Made by a program: the position numbers and the translations under genes. DNA of 61,850 nt, the filler included, from Sphacelaria rigidula (taxonomy: Eukaryota): NCBI GenBank assembly GCA_964200075.2. It is 7 parts of 7 records of this genome, joined end to end, with 100 filler letters (N's around TTAATTAATTAA, not from the genome) between each part and the next. Parts side by side here need not be neighbours in the genome. Positions count along the whole stretch, not along the records: positions 8,851 to 17,600 come from CAXNAA020010197.1; positions 17,701 to 26,450 come from CAXNAA020010198.1; 5 more parts are not named here. One strand, given 5' to 3'. The notes below the pieces were generated by a model, which saw nothing but the letters and a program-made list of their open reading frames with translations, did no database searches and was not told where the DNA came from. Shown here piece after piece: positions 12,840 through 23,659 of the stretch (positions within the stretch are counted from its first letter, which is position 1; each line of letters opens with the position of its first letter).

Positions 12840-13730
12840 CCGTGTTTCATCGTGAACTCGTCCCCTACAAGCCAAGGGGTGAAAGGGCATTCGCTCATGA
12901 TAAGTGAGGTTGTCCTTTGTACACATCCCCACAGAACAGAGCAGCACATGGCGGACCGCCACCAGAGCAAATGTCGTGACATTGGTGCCAAAAAATAGCA
13001 TCTGGTCGAAGATGCAAGTTGGTGTAAATCGCATGGTTTACATATTATTTTTAGTATGTACAGGCAGTCAGTTGAAATACGGTGGCTCTGCTGACCTGTT
13101 CATATATATAGTCAGTGTGTAGTCTAAAATAAAAATCGCTCTTGGCACCCTGGTTTCTCCGCTGGAACCCTCAGATCCAACAGCCGAATTTCATGTGTTA
13201 CGTCGCCCTCTGCGACTCAATACATGAAGAGTACCTGCTGTTGAAGGCCAATTTGCTCATAGTGCACAGCCGTACAGAACGAAGCAGCAACTGGCGGCAC
13301 GCCACAAAGCGAAACATCGTCACACACTGCTCGCTGCGAGAAAAATATATGCAGCCCAAAACGAAGCTGTTGACCGTCGCATAGTTTGCATCTCACTCTT
13401 ATATTAGTATATATTAACAGACAATTACGAAGTACATGATCACAACAGTCGCTAGCAGATATAAGGCAGTGCAAGTACTACAATCGCTCCACACGTCTCG
13501 GCTTCTGCACTGGAGCTCTGGCACGAAGCAGCCGCTAGCTTTGTCTTTCTTCTGTGAACTCCCCCTCTGAAATTCGACACTTGAAGGGATACTCGCTGTT
13601 GAAAGGCGAAATTGCCTGTTGTGCACAGCCGCACAGAACTAAGCAGCAGCGCCTGCCGACACGCAACCAAACTGCATGTCGCGACAACTTGCGGCGAGAA
13701 AAAACAACATGCGCACCGATTTTTTTAGAA
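12840..13730 (+). repeat. Diverged tandem repeat, ~350-bp unit, about 3 copies
   Basis: GT(A/G)CACA.CC..ACAGAAC..AGCAGCA recurs at ~12919, ~13262 and ~13621 with similar flanks. Confidence 0.7.
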
Positions 13731-15697
13731 TTTGCGATGTTGGACCTCTATAATAATACTGTAGCGCTAGACACTAATCCTCAACCCAAAAGTGCCGATC
13801 GCGCAACGCGTAGAACTCGGTGACGAAGCAGAGGATCAGACTGCCGTTTCTTGCGTGCGCTTCCCACGCACCCAAGCTAGGTCAACCTAAGTCACTTTTT
13901 CGTTTCAGCGTGGTACTGAGCCGCAACAAACCCAAACGTACAAAAATGAAGTGTTTTGCGCTCTGGGAGGGGGTTTTCTCGCTGCTGGCGCGACGCTAGG
14001 AAAATGTGAAATGGATTCTTCTAGATCTTGTGTGTATGCGGGGGTGTGTGAAGTGCCGTAGGCTGGCTTACTTCCTGTGTCGAGAACCGCGCGATCTCCC
14101 GTGCTAGAGCTGTCTCATAGTAAATCAAGTTTATAAGTGATGAAGCGTGCGTTCTGCTCGAGAGGGCCTCGGCACAGGTGCGACCACCTACTGACGTGTT
14201 CATTATTCCTCCGCACTTATGTTTTTTTTTAGTTTGCCGCTGATTTTTGGTCGTTAGGCCCTCCAGTCCCACCCATAACTGTGGGGCTGTTGGGGGAGGG
14301 GGCGATGTCTCCTTCTAGACAGTGCCAGCCTTACGTGGCTAGATACCACGACGGTCCCTCGGCGACAAGGGCAGTTGCGGTATTATTCTTGCAGAATCAA
14401 CCCGAAATTCATTCAGCATGCGCTCCCGAATCAATATCTTGACCTTTCTCCGATAGCTGTCTCGTCGCTGTTTCACGAAGTTTTTTCAACGTTTCACTTG
14501 GTTCCAGAATAGGACGGAGAGCAAGTTGCAATCCACCAATTTCACGGATGGATCGCAGGTATTCTAGCCCTGCCCAGACGTGGTTATCGCACAGTCGGTA
14601 CGAAAATACTGGTCGTACTGGCGGCTGGTAACACAAAATGTCAAGTTCGTCTTGTATTACTTTGCCGCAACACATTTCGTGTATCAAGTGCTTCCTCCAT
14701 CCTCAGTGATTTCCATAATGTCCCATCTGACTGCCTCAGCCTGTGAAGAGGTCTGTAGCGCCACCTTGCCGTGCTGAGGTAGACCCGTCTCTTCCAAGGA
14801 CGTCTGCCCCTCTAGTCTCAGCATGTTTTGGGCCATGTATCATGACCGTCTCCAATGGACGCTGTGGATGATAAATTAGAATCTCTGTAAGATGCCTCCT
14901 TAATGTTGAGAAGGAACAACACTAAGTTACGCCGCGTCATTCGGTCATCAAAAAAGAAATCCAATAAAAGCCTGCCTTGGCGATTCATCGTCGATTTCCG
15001 CCGCAATACGAAGCCTAGCGGATGGTGTCACCTCGGAAAGACGTGCCGCACAATCCGAGAGGGTTCGAGCAGAGACTGGGGGAAAATTTGTATGAAGAGA
15101 GCGATCGTGGTGCAAAGATCTGCATATATCAACACGCGCGGGTCAATTTTATGTGAACGAGCGGGTCGTATCTCGGTGACAGACGATGGAGATCGCGCGG
15201 AATGCGATGATGTGACATATTCGACCCGAACGTGAAATTTAGGCGAGTCAAGTCACAACTCGGAGCGGTAGAAGTCGTCACGCGCACGCAATCGTTGTGC
15301 GTTACTTCGTGGAGATTTTCGGGAAAGGTGGTGATTTTGCATGCCGCCCGTGCGAGCCTCCAAACCTCCTGCATACCCACAACCGTTGATGTGGCACCAT
15401 CACTCATGTTGCAGAATGCGGGGTGAGTTTGGCTGGGTGACCTCCGTTATCGCACAACGAGAAATGCACTATGCGATGATGAACAGAACAACGAAAATCT
15501 GAGTGACGGGAAGAATTGTAGGGTACGCCGCGATGTAGTATGATGACCCTCAGCCCATGAACATTTCAGTTGACAGACAAGCACCACATACAACGTGGTC
15601 CGTAGAAAAAAAAAAACACAGGCTAGGCCGCCCAAGAGGCGGACTTTCCTTCAGCCGGTTCTAACTGGCGATGCATCGCGAGTTGTGCCTACTACGA

Positions 15698-15760
15698 CTG
15701 ATTGATTGATGGATTGTCGCACTTTAAGTGACCCCCCAGGGGTCCAGCCGTGGTCTCATG
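15698..15760 (-). mobile_element. 3' end of an (AATC)n-tailed retroposon (LINE/SINE)
   Basis: (GATT)n-GTCGCACTTTAAGTGACCCCCCAGGGGTCCAGCCGT.GTCTCAT is nearly identical to 59747-59842 on another contig. Confidence 0.65.
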
Positions 15761-16289
15761 ATAGACGTACCCAACAAAAACGAAACTACACATCGTGGAA
15801 ATCTGCAAATCAACGCGTGTCTTTCACTTCACGTAGCACTGCGATCCGACATGCTCCCGTCAAACGAAATACCAAACTGTAGTCAGCTGCGAATTGTAGA
15901 GAGTTGAGGGTCACATGTGCGACGGAATTAGGGGGAAGAAAACGGCTCAAATCGCAGTTTCGGTTACAGTCGCTTGTGCCGTGATCGCAAAGTGATGATG
16001 CTGCGCAAGTTATGATTGTACAACAGTGCATATCGTAGTGTAGACGCGCAGTGTCTGAGATGTCACGCAGACGAGGCCTCCAGCGTGCCAAGGCGTCTGG
16101 TAGTAGTGTGCGAAGCAGTGAGCAGCGGGTAAAAAAAGCCTGTAAAGAACGTCAAAGTTCCGGCGGAGGGTGTTGTACTCTAAAAGCAAGTCAAGCGAAT
16201 CTCAATAGAGGAGCACGGTTGCGCTGGTCAACTTTGAATCGTACATGAGGTGTGCAGAGCCACCATCGTTTCCCCTTCATTTTTTTCCC

Positions 16290-16850
16290 CTCCTCATGAA
16301 TTATTGGTGATTAAAAATTCGCACCATTTTTTTCGGTACACAATCGTCGACAAATCGTTGTAAAATATCACGGGGGGACAAAAGGGTCTTTACAACATTC
16401 CTCTTGCACATTGTGTCATAATTCCGTGGGAAAAGACTTGGAATTGAACAGCATAACCGCATTTCGTTTTTTCGTGGCTGCTCCATCTCCACGTAGCAAA
16501 CGGTGTCCGACACGAGCACGCGATTATGCAGCTCAATTTTGGGTCGTTTTTTTATGAAATTTTGACACGATGTACACGACGTATGTGCGAAGACCCCATC
16601 ATCTGCGCCCTACATTTTGTATTATTCTCCGTCAGTTATTGGCGATTAAACGTTTCAGAAGAGTTTTTGGAACTAAATCGTGGATAACTCACGGAAAAAT
16701 AAATGTGATGGGGAAATGACGGAGTCTTCGCACATACATCCTGCACATTGTGTCAAATTTCATAGAAAACTGCCCAAAATTACGTTGCATAATTTCGTGT
16801 TCACATCCCTATCCGCGTCTCGGGTGGCCCAGACTGTGTTTAGTCGGCAG
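16290..16850 (+). repeat. Diverged tandem duplication (~335-bp period)
   Basis: TTATTGG(T/C)GATTAAA at 16301 and 16636, and TGCACATTGTGTCA at 16406 and 16742. Confidence 0.6.
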
Positions 16851-17700
16851 TCATATCTCACGTCATTTTCTAGGATGAGGTTGAATGTTTAACCCTAGAC
16901 AGCGACCCCCCGCAGGTGAACTGAGATGGACTATCTCACATTTGAGTTCAGAACAGCTCTTTTCTCGCCACACAAAGCGCCTTTTTTATATGAGGATGTG
17001 GATGTTTGGCATCTATACAAGAAAAAGTCCCGGAAAACCCCTGACCGGTCTTGATCCTGCAGTCAATTGCGTGCAGAGTCAAAATGTGTGCTCCATGTCT
17101 TCGGTGGATACAAGGGCAAGTAACAGCCCGCGTAACTGGACGCAGTCTACTGCACACTGCCAATGTGTCTGCTTGGTTTTCCACAACAACGCTGCAGATA
17201 GTGCGAAGCTATGCCGGCGACACATGAGGGTTCATGCCGACGGCATAGACCACGAGCAGAGTAAAAGACACGGCGTATGTGCTCATGTTATGTATGGATG
17301 AGTGGTCAGTACCAACACGAGAAAGTTCTAGACAACGAAGTATTCCACCTGCAGTCTACTTAGGGGAACAAAGTGATCATTTTGATAGCCGTGATTGGTT
17401 AGAATAGTCACTCCGCTCCTCTCGAGCGTCTTTCCTGGCTTATAATTTTCCGTGGGAAACTTCCGAACGAACATGGTTGACTGGGTGAGCTTTTCAGTTG
17501 TCCTGCAAACAAGTGCCCACCCCCCTGTCAGGACCCCCCCCCCCCCATGAGGCAGTGTATAAGCCGTGGGTGTCTCGGGAAGCGGCGACACCAGACAATA
17601 NNNNNNNNNNNNNNNNNNNNNNNNNNNNNNNNNNNNNNNNNNNNTTAATTAATTAANNNNNNNNNNNNNNNNNNNNNNNNNNNNNNNNNNNNNNNNNNNN

Positions 17701-18473
17701 GTGTCCATGCGGGTCTTGTGGGACGGGTGCTGAACGTTGACGGATGTAACAGAATACGTCAACGTTGACGGATGTAACAGAGTACGTCAACGTTGACGGA
17801 TGTAACAGATTACGTCAACGTTGACGTGAATAGCAAGACCCTAACTGAAACCATGTCCACGCCTCAGGGGAGACTCACGTTGGGGGGCCCTTGCCCCTGG
17901 CGTTCCCCTCGTAGCCCCAGAGCTCGAACCATGGGGGCCTTGACTACTTCCCCTATGGCCACGGAGGTCAGCTGCACGCAACCCCCTCGTGTGTTGCGGT
18001 TGACCTGTTGCTGCAGTCCTCACCCCTCCTGAGCTGCTGCTTTCGATGACGTCTCCGCCCCTGACGCTCCCGGCTTCACTCCCCCCGTTGCTGCTGAGCT
18101 GCATGTTCTCCAGTCACTGTGTCATCTGTTCCAGCAGACGACCGAACGTCACCATCATGTTCTCAACTTGGGCTATGCGATCAACGGTTGTAGAGGACTC
18201 CGATCCTCTCTCCGAACCGTTGTCAGAAGACTGCTGTTGTGAGATGTTCCCTCGTGTAGCCATCTTCGCGCGTTGAGCCGTACCGGTAGGAAAAATACTA
18301 GTATGTTGGTTGGCTCGGGTGCCCGTGAAGAGCTGTTGAGATAGTTAATTGAAGCAGGTCAGCCAGGCTGATTGCGGTGTTGGGATGAAGTGAGATGGTG
18401 TGCGCACCATGCACTTCGTGTTACCCCATCAAGACTTCACGTATGTAACAACACGCCTAAATGCGGTGTGACA
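17701..18473 (-). mobile_element. Probable 5' part of an LTR retrotransposon (short LTR plus gag-like N-terminus with a premature stop), cut by the contig end
   Basis: The minus strand has a TG...CA segment (~18473-18304), a short leader, and an ATG at 18263 opening MATRGNISQQQ...RIAQVENMMVTFGRLLEQMTQ*LENMQL (coiled-coil then low complexity, gag-like). The PBS is not confidently identified. Confidence 0.4.
17733..17826 (+). repeat. 28-bp minisatellite, 3.4 copies
   Basis: AACGTTGACGGATGTAACAGA(A/G/T)TACGTC x3 plus a partial copy. Confidence 0.95.
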
Positions 18474-18773
18474 CCCTACACGTGTGTCCGATCAGATCAC
18501 CACACGTCAGGTCAGTCACTACACCGTAGATCCTCCTCGTAAATCTCCCCAAAGATACTCAGTTACTCTAATAAGGCGGTCTTTGACTCCTGCGTGCGCC
18601 ACCTGGCGCAAACGCACTCTGTAGCCGCAACAGGGACAGCTTTACAAAATGTGACGTAGCAAAATATAGCGTAGCGAGGCGTGATATCCTGCGTACACGT
18701 TGGCTGCGATACAACTGGCTGCGTTCATGATGTAGCGAACTGCATATCACAACGCGAAATCAATGCAGGACAG

Positions 18774-19000
18774 GACTGCTGCCGAGATAGCCCCCCCCCC
18801 GAACCGTTATCGTAAATGCCGTTAGAGCTGGTCTCGTGCTGCACGACGCGACTCATTTAGGCGTTATAGCTGATTTCGGACTGCCACACGCCTTTCATGT
18901 GGGCGAACTTGCTGCAAACGAGCCCAATAGTGGGAGTGCAGCCGGTTCGTCGGACGGTCTCCGGTGCACTTTTTGTGGAGGGGCTATTTCGGCATTAGTC
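18774..19000. mobile_element. MITE (227 bp) with ~21-bp TIRs and a 4-bp TSD (ACAG)
   Basis: Left TIR is GACTGCTGCCGAGATAGCCCC; right TIR reverse complement is GACTAATGCCGAAATAGCCCC. ACAG lies at 18770-18773 and 19001-19004. Confidence 0.85.
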
Positions 19001-20015
19001 ACAGGGATAGGGTAAGGATGTCACGTCCTGCGGTGTGAAGTGTCACCCTGCACCCTACCGCTGTGCAGTGAGCAGGTAATACCGCCGCAGGCGTCACGCT
19101 GCGGTTCGTATGCAGTGTCGACTCAACACCCATAGGGTACAACCTCTGCATTGAATTCTATAAGGCGCATTGGATTGAATTACACGCGCGGAGCGCGTTA
19201 TTTTCGAGCAGCACGCGCGCTAGCGCGACCGCGATTTTCTGTGTTGCCGACATCGTGCCAGCGCGCTCGTGCACTAAAGCGCCTTACTCCCTTGTGGAAG
19301 CCCGCCATCGTATTGCTCCTCATGTTTCATCACGCTTTATTCGAAAACACGCAGAAGAGATGCCAGCGAGCCCATCGTTGTCGCACATGATGGTGTGGTG
19401 AACCAGTTTTGTTTTCTATCTACTGTAGTACTCCTGCATGCTGCGTGTTGTACCGAATAGTGGGCCATACCAGTTCAAAAACGGATACGCATTAAACAAA
19501 CGCCACCGACATGCTCTGGTTATCATGAGCTGTGTACGAGGCGCGGAAAACGTAGTTTTTGTCGAGGAATGCAAGGACATAACCATACTGCAGTACAGGC
19601 AGTTTATATGATTAGCATGAAACGCATTATTCGAACGAGACACAAGACAAAGAATTTAATTATAGTGCCTGGGCGTTTTGGTACTGAAACGAGTCCACCA
19701 GTCCCTCCACTACCTACCGTACGGAGATATATACTACGTGAAAATTACAAAAAAAGTTACGAGCAGACCTCAATTTTAAAGTAGAAGGGTCCAGCCGGGA
19801 CCACTCCAGTTTCACCGCCGAAATCCGAAACGGCAACGTTCAAAACACCGAAATAAATTGAAATTGGAAGCGCCCTGGACACAGGGCAATCCATCATAGA
19901 TAGTACAGTGTGTTACATTGAACACAAGACAAAAAGTCCAACAGTGTGTAGAAGTCGAACAGTGTGTAGTCCAACAGTGCACTACTGGTCCCCAACGCAC
20001 AGCATCAGAGGAGTG

Positions 20016-20600
20016 ACACGGACTGTATACAGCAAGCACCAGCTGCTTGCCATCGAGAATAACGCCATATCATACTGTTGTTGCACTGCTGTTGTACAAG
20101 ACACCACGCTCTCTGTACACAGGTGTCTGTGTACTGTGCAGGCTATCCAAGTGGCGGCACGAGAAGTGGGAGTATTCCTGTATCGCACCGCTTGTCAACT
20201 GCGTTCACAGAACTATTGGCCCTGTACAGGAGTACACCTGTACTACTGCTCTTGTCTATTGTCCGCTGTACATAGTGTACAGTCCGCACAGCAGACAGCA
20301 GACAACGGTACGTGTAGTACCATGATGGTGTGATTTTACAAGTGTCCCTACTTGTGGGTATAGGGCCGTGTATAGTACACGCATGCTCGACTATATGGAT
20401 GCTTTGGCGACACGGACTGTATACAGGATGCATCACCTGCTTGACATCGAGAATAACACCATATCATACTGTAGCTACACTGCTGTTGTAAAAGACACCA
20501 CGCTGTCTGTACACAGTTGTGTCTGTGTACTGCACAGGCTATCCAAGTGGCGGCACGAGTAGTGGGAGTATTCCTGTATCGTACCGCTTGTCAACTGCGT
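20016..20600 (+). repeat. ~190-bp direct duplication (20016-20205 / 20410-20600)
   Basis: ACACGGACTGTATACAG...GGCTATCCAAGTGGCGGCACGAG...CCGCTTGTCAACTGCGT is present twice with high identity. Confidence 0.9.
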
Positions 20601-21589
20601 CTAGAGCACTAAAGGCCATGTGTGTGATATAAATCAAATCGACTTTTGAATCAGCAACTAACCGTGATTTATGAGTTGAGATACTATCCTAATCCAACTG
20701 GGTGGGTGTAAACGCTTGTCGTTACGTAATCCACCCTCTCATGACAAGATTACACTTGAACACCCAGCTAATATCATGTTGTCCATGCAGCAAGACTTTT
20801 CGCGGATCTTTGCACTAGTGGGGGTAGCTCTACCGCGTCTACCTCGTTCGATAGCCAATGGCACTCCGGGAGACAGGTCTTGTACGTGTACGTCAAGACG
20901 GATTCACTAGTAGTGGCCGGGGATGGTATAGGAGAATCTCGCGAGAACTTGCCGGACAACGACTCCGGTCTGAGCTCCGCCTTCCTGCGGGCCCTTGCGA
21001 ACGTGGAACGACGTCATGTGGCTACATAGACTGTATGTTATTCACGCGTGTGAGACGCGAGAGCTTCAGTGGGCTTATACTTCATGAGTTATAAGTGTTT
21101 CTTTCCGTGCTTTTACTTGTATGCCGATTATGCTCCTTTTTCACCATAATAAAAGAAAATGAGCGTGGAAGGGCGATGCAAAGCAGAGCAATGTATTTTG
21201 TAACAGTTACAGGAATCCCAAGGGAACCCAACGGATCGCGGCCCCCAAAATGTGACCAAATAATGCTATATAAGCAACCAGGATCGCTATGTGACTGCTC
21301 TGAACGGCGAGTTTGACTTCTTAGACAACTTCTCCAACAGTTTCGGGCCATTGCCAGTTTTCCCGACATATATGTGAGGGCAGATTTCTTACCCAGTTCG
21401 GCGAAGTGATCAACTGTGTTTTGTTTATATCATTCCTGCTTTGGTTGGGATAATAACAATCCTAGACCAAGCCGTCGTCACAAGGTCTGAAGACACCACA
21501 GCACAGCCACAGCTACAGCAAATGAGAGCGTGGGTGCTTTTGTGCTACAGTGAGATTAAACATTACATGTCTCAAAGTGTAGCTATTCA

Positions 21590-23650
21590 CCCCATCCTTT
21601 GGGAGCTCCAGACTACAAGCGCAATCCCATGCGAGCGGGGAAACAGACATCTAGTCTCCCACGTAACCGGGGAAGGGAGATCCAATCTCTCATCGGAGCG
21701 TCAGACCACAGACTCAATCCCGTGGGGAGTGATGCTACGCCAGGGGTTGCACGTTTTTAGCGGAAAGGTTGCTCGGGGTTGCTCGGGGTGTTGGACCGGT
21801 CATTCTGTGAATCGGCATTATTTTCACTTGATTACCTAAAAAATACTGAAAACTGTGCCGATTCACGAGAAGGCCCCTGCGTGCAAACACCATGTTTCTG
21901 GGAGTCCGGTCCCCGCAGATCTGGACCGCACAGTACCCCCCCCATATATTTGTGCTCCTACGAGAAGGAAAGCCCCAGTAACGAAAAGTGAAACACCTAC
22001 CATAGCTTTGCTCTGGGATCGGGGGAACAGCTAACCAATCTCGTATCGGAGCTGGGCAACATTGACCCCGTCTCTCACTAGAGCTAAAAAGCAGAGGTAC
22101 CAGCTCCATTCAGAGCTTCAGACCACAGGTCCAGTCCGGGAACAGAGACCTGATCTCCCACCGGAGCTTGAGGCCACAGGTTCAGTCCCATGGGAGCTGG
22201 AGAACATCATCCAGTCGCTCAACGCAGCCAGGCAGCAGAGACCGCATCTTCCATCGGAGCGTGAGACCACAGGTGCGATTCTCTGAGGACCGGAGAACCG
22301 ATACCCAATTCCGTGTCGAAACTGGGGAACAGAGAGTCAAACTCTCAGCAAGGTTTGACATCAGAGGCGCCGCCTCCAATCAGAGCTTGAGAACGCAGGT
22401 CCAATCCCATGGGAGCTGGAGAACAGACACCCAGTCTCCCGCCGCAGCGGGGGAACATGGATTCAATTTCCCATCGGAGCGTCAGACCACAACCCAATCC
22501 CGTGAGAGCGGGAGAACAGCTACGCAATACCGCACCGAAGCTGGACATTAGAGACAAAATCCCCCACCAGGACTTGAGAGCAGAGGGGCCAGGCGCAGTC
22601 GGAACGTGAGACCACAGGTTCAATCTCGTGGGAGCTGTGGAGTGGACACCCAGCCTCTTGACGCAGCCGGTGAACAGACACTTTATCCCCTATCGGGGCG
22701 TTAGATCACAACAAAATTCCGTGGGAGGTGGGACACACACACTCAACACCGTATTGAAGCTCGGGAGCAGAGATCTTGCCTCCTGCCAAAGCTTGAAAGC
22801 ACGGGCATTAGCTCCAATCGGAGCTCTACACCACAGGTCCAATCCCACTGGAGCCGGGAAACAGTCTCCCAGTCTCTCAATGCACTGGGGATAAGAGAAC
22901 CAGTCTCCCACCGGAGCGTTGAAACGGAAGCCATTCCTGCGACGGAAAAATTGTTGTGCGGTTGTTGGTCTCGTGCATAGACGCTGTGGAAACGTGGCTT
23001 CATGTGAACAAAAAGTCAACATTGCATGCGGCGACTTGATTTCAAGCAAACAGCAATTGACCCAGCGCCAGTTCGTTCCGTTTCGATATTACAAAGACAG
23101 TACAATGTTTTAAAGTAGTCACGGTTCACCGGACTGATTCACCGATATGATATGTAGCACTGTGCAAGCGTCATCCAAGCGTGGTATCCATCAAAACGGC
23201 TAATCAATCCATGCGGATAGCATAATGTCTTCATCACAGGCGTTATTCTCTTTCTTCGATTGATGGTGTTGAAACTCAATCAGGCTTCAGCTTCGCTTCT
23301 TCTTGTCAAGAAGAGAAAATTGTGAACATCAGGGTTTTCAGATCGATTTTGTTCCTTTCCGGAACATAATCCAACTAGATGCAAAGAGGCATGGTTGTAA
23401 GCGTCGTGAAAGGACACAAGCATTCTCTCAATTCCTGGCTGGGTTACGCGTCGGCATCCTCGGCCAGCCCTCTCGGTATCTCTAGTCGAATAGCTGACCC
23501 ATCATCATACTGACCTTGCACCACCACGCCGCGATCCATACCAAATCTCCCATCGGAGCTGGACATCGGACACCCAATTTTCGACCAGAGCTTGAGAACA
23601 AACACGCAGTCTGTCATAGAAACTTTAGATCACTGGCCGAATCCCACGGC
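21590..23650 (+). repeat. Degenerate ~30-bp-unit satellite, interrupted by a MITE and by other sequence (~22930-23520)
   Basis: GGAGC(T/G)GG.GAACAGA.ACCCA.TCTC and GGAGCGT(C/G)AGACCACAGGT.CAATCCC units recur. Confidence 0.8.
21727..22013. mobile_element. MITE (287 bp), GAG...CTC termini, ~30-bp TIRs, 4-bp TSD (TGGG); Sola2-like
   Basis: TGGG lies at 21723-21726 and 22014-22017. The TIR consensus is about GAGCAATGCTACGGTAGGGGTTGCACTTTT. The satellite unit resumes after the element, and a second copy is at 54231-54484. Confidence 0.85.
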
Positions 23651-23659
23651 AGCGAAGGA

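Noticed and set aside
14400..15300. Possible eroded transposon coding region on the minus strand
   Set aside because: The composition is coding-like, but there is no motif I can name.
17733..17826. Mini-CRISPR with 28-bp repeats
   Set aside because: The repeats are directly adjacent with no spacers.
21590..22930. Repeat-spacer array or repeat-protein gene
   Set aside because: It is a degenerate tandem satellite with frames broken by stops and a MITE insertion.
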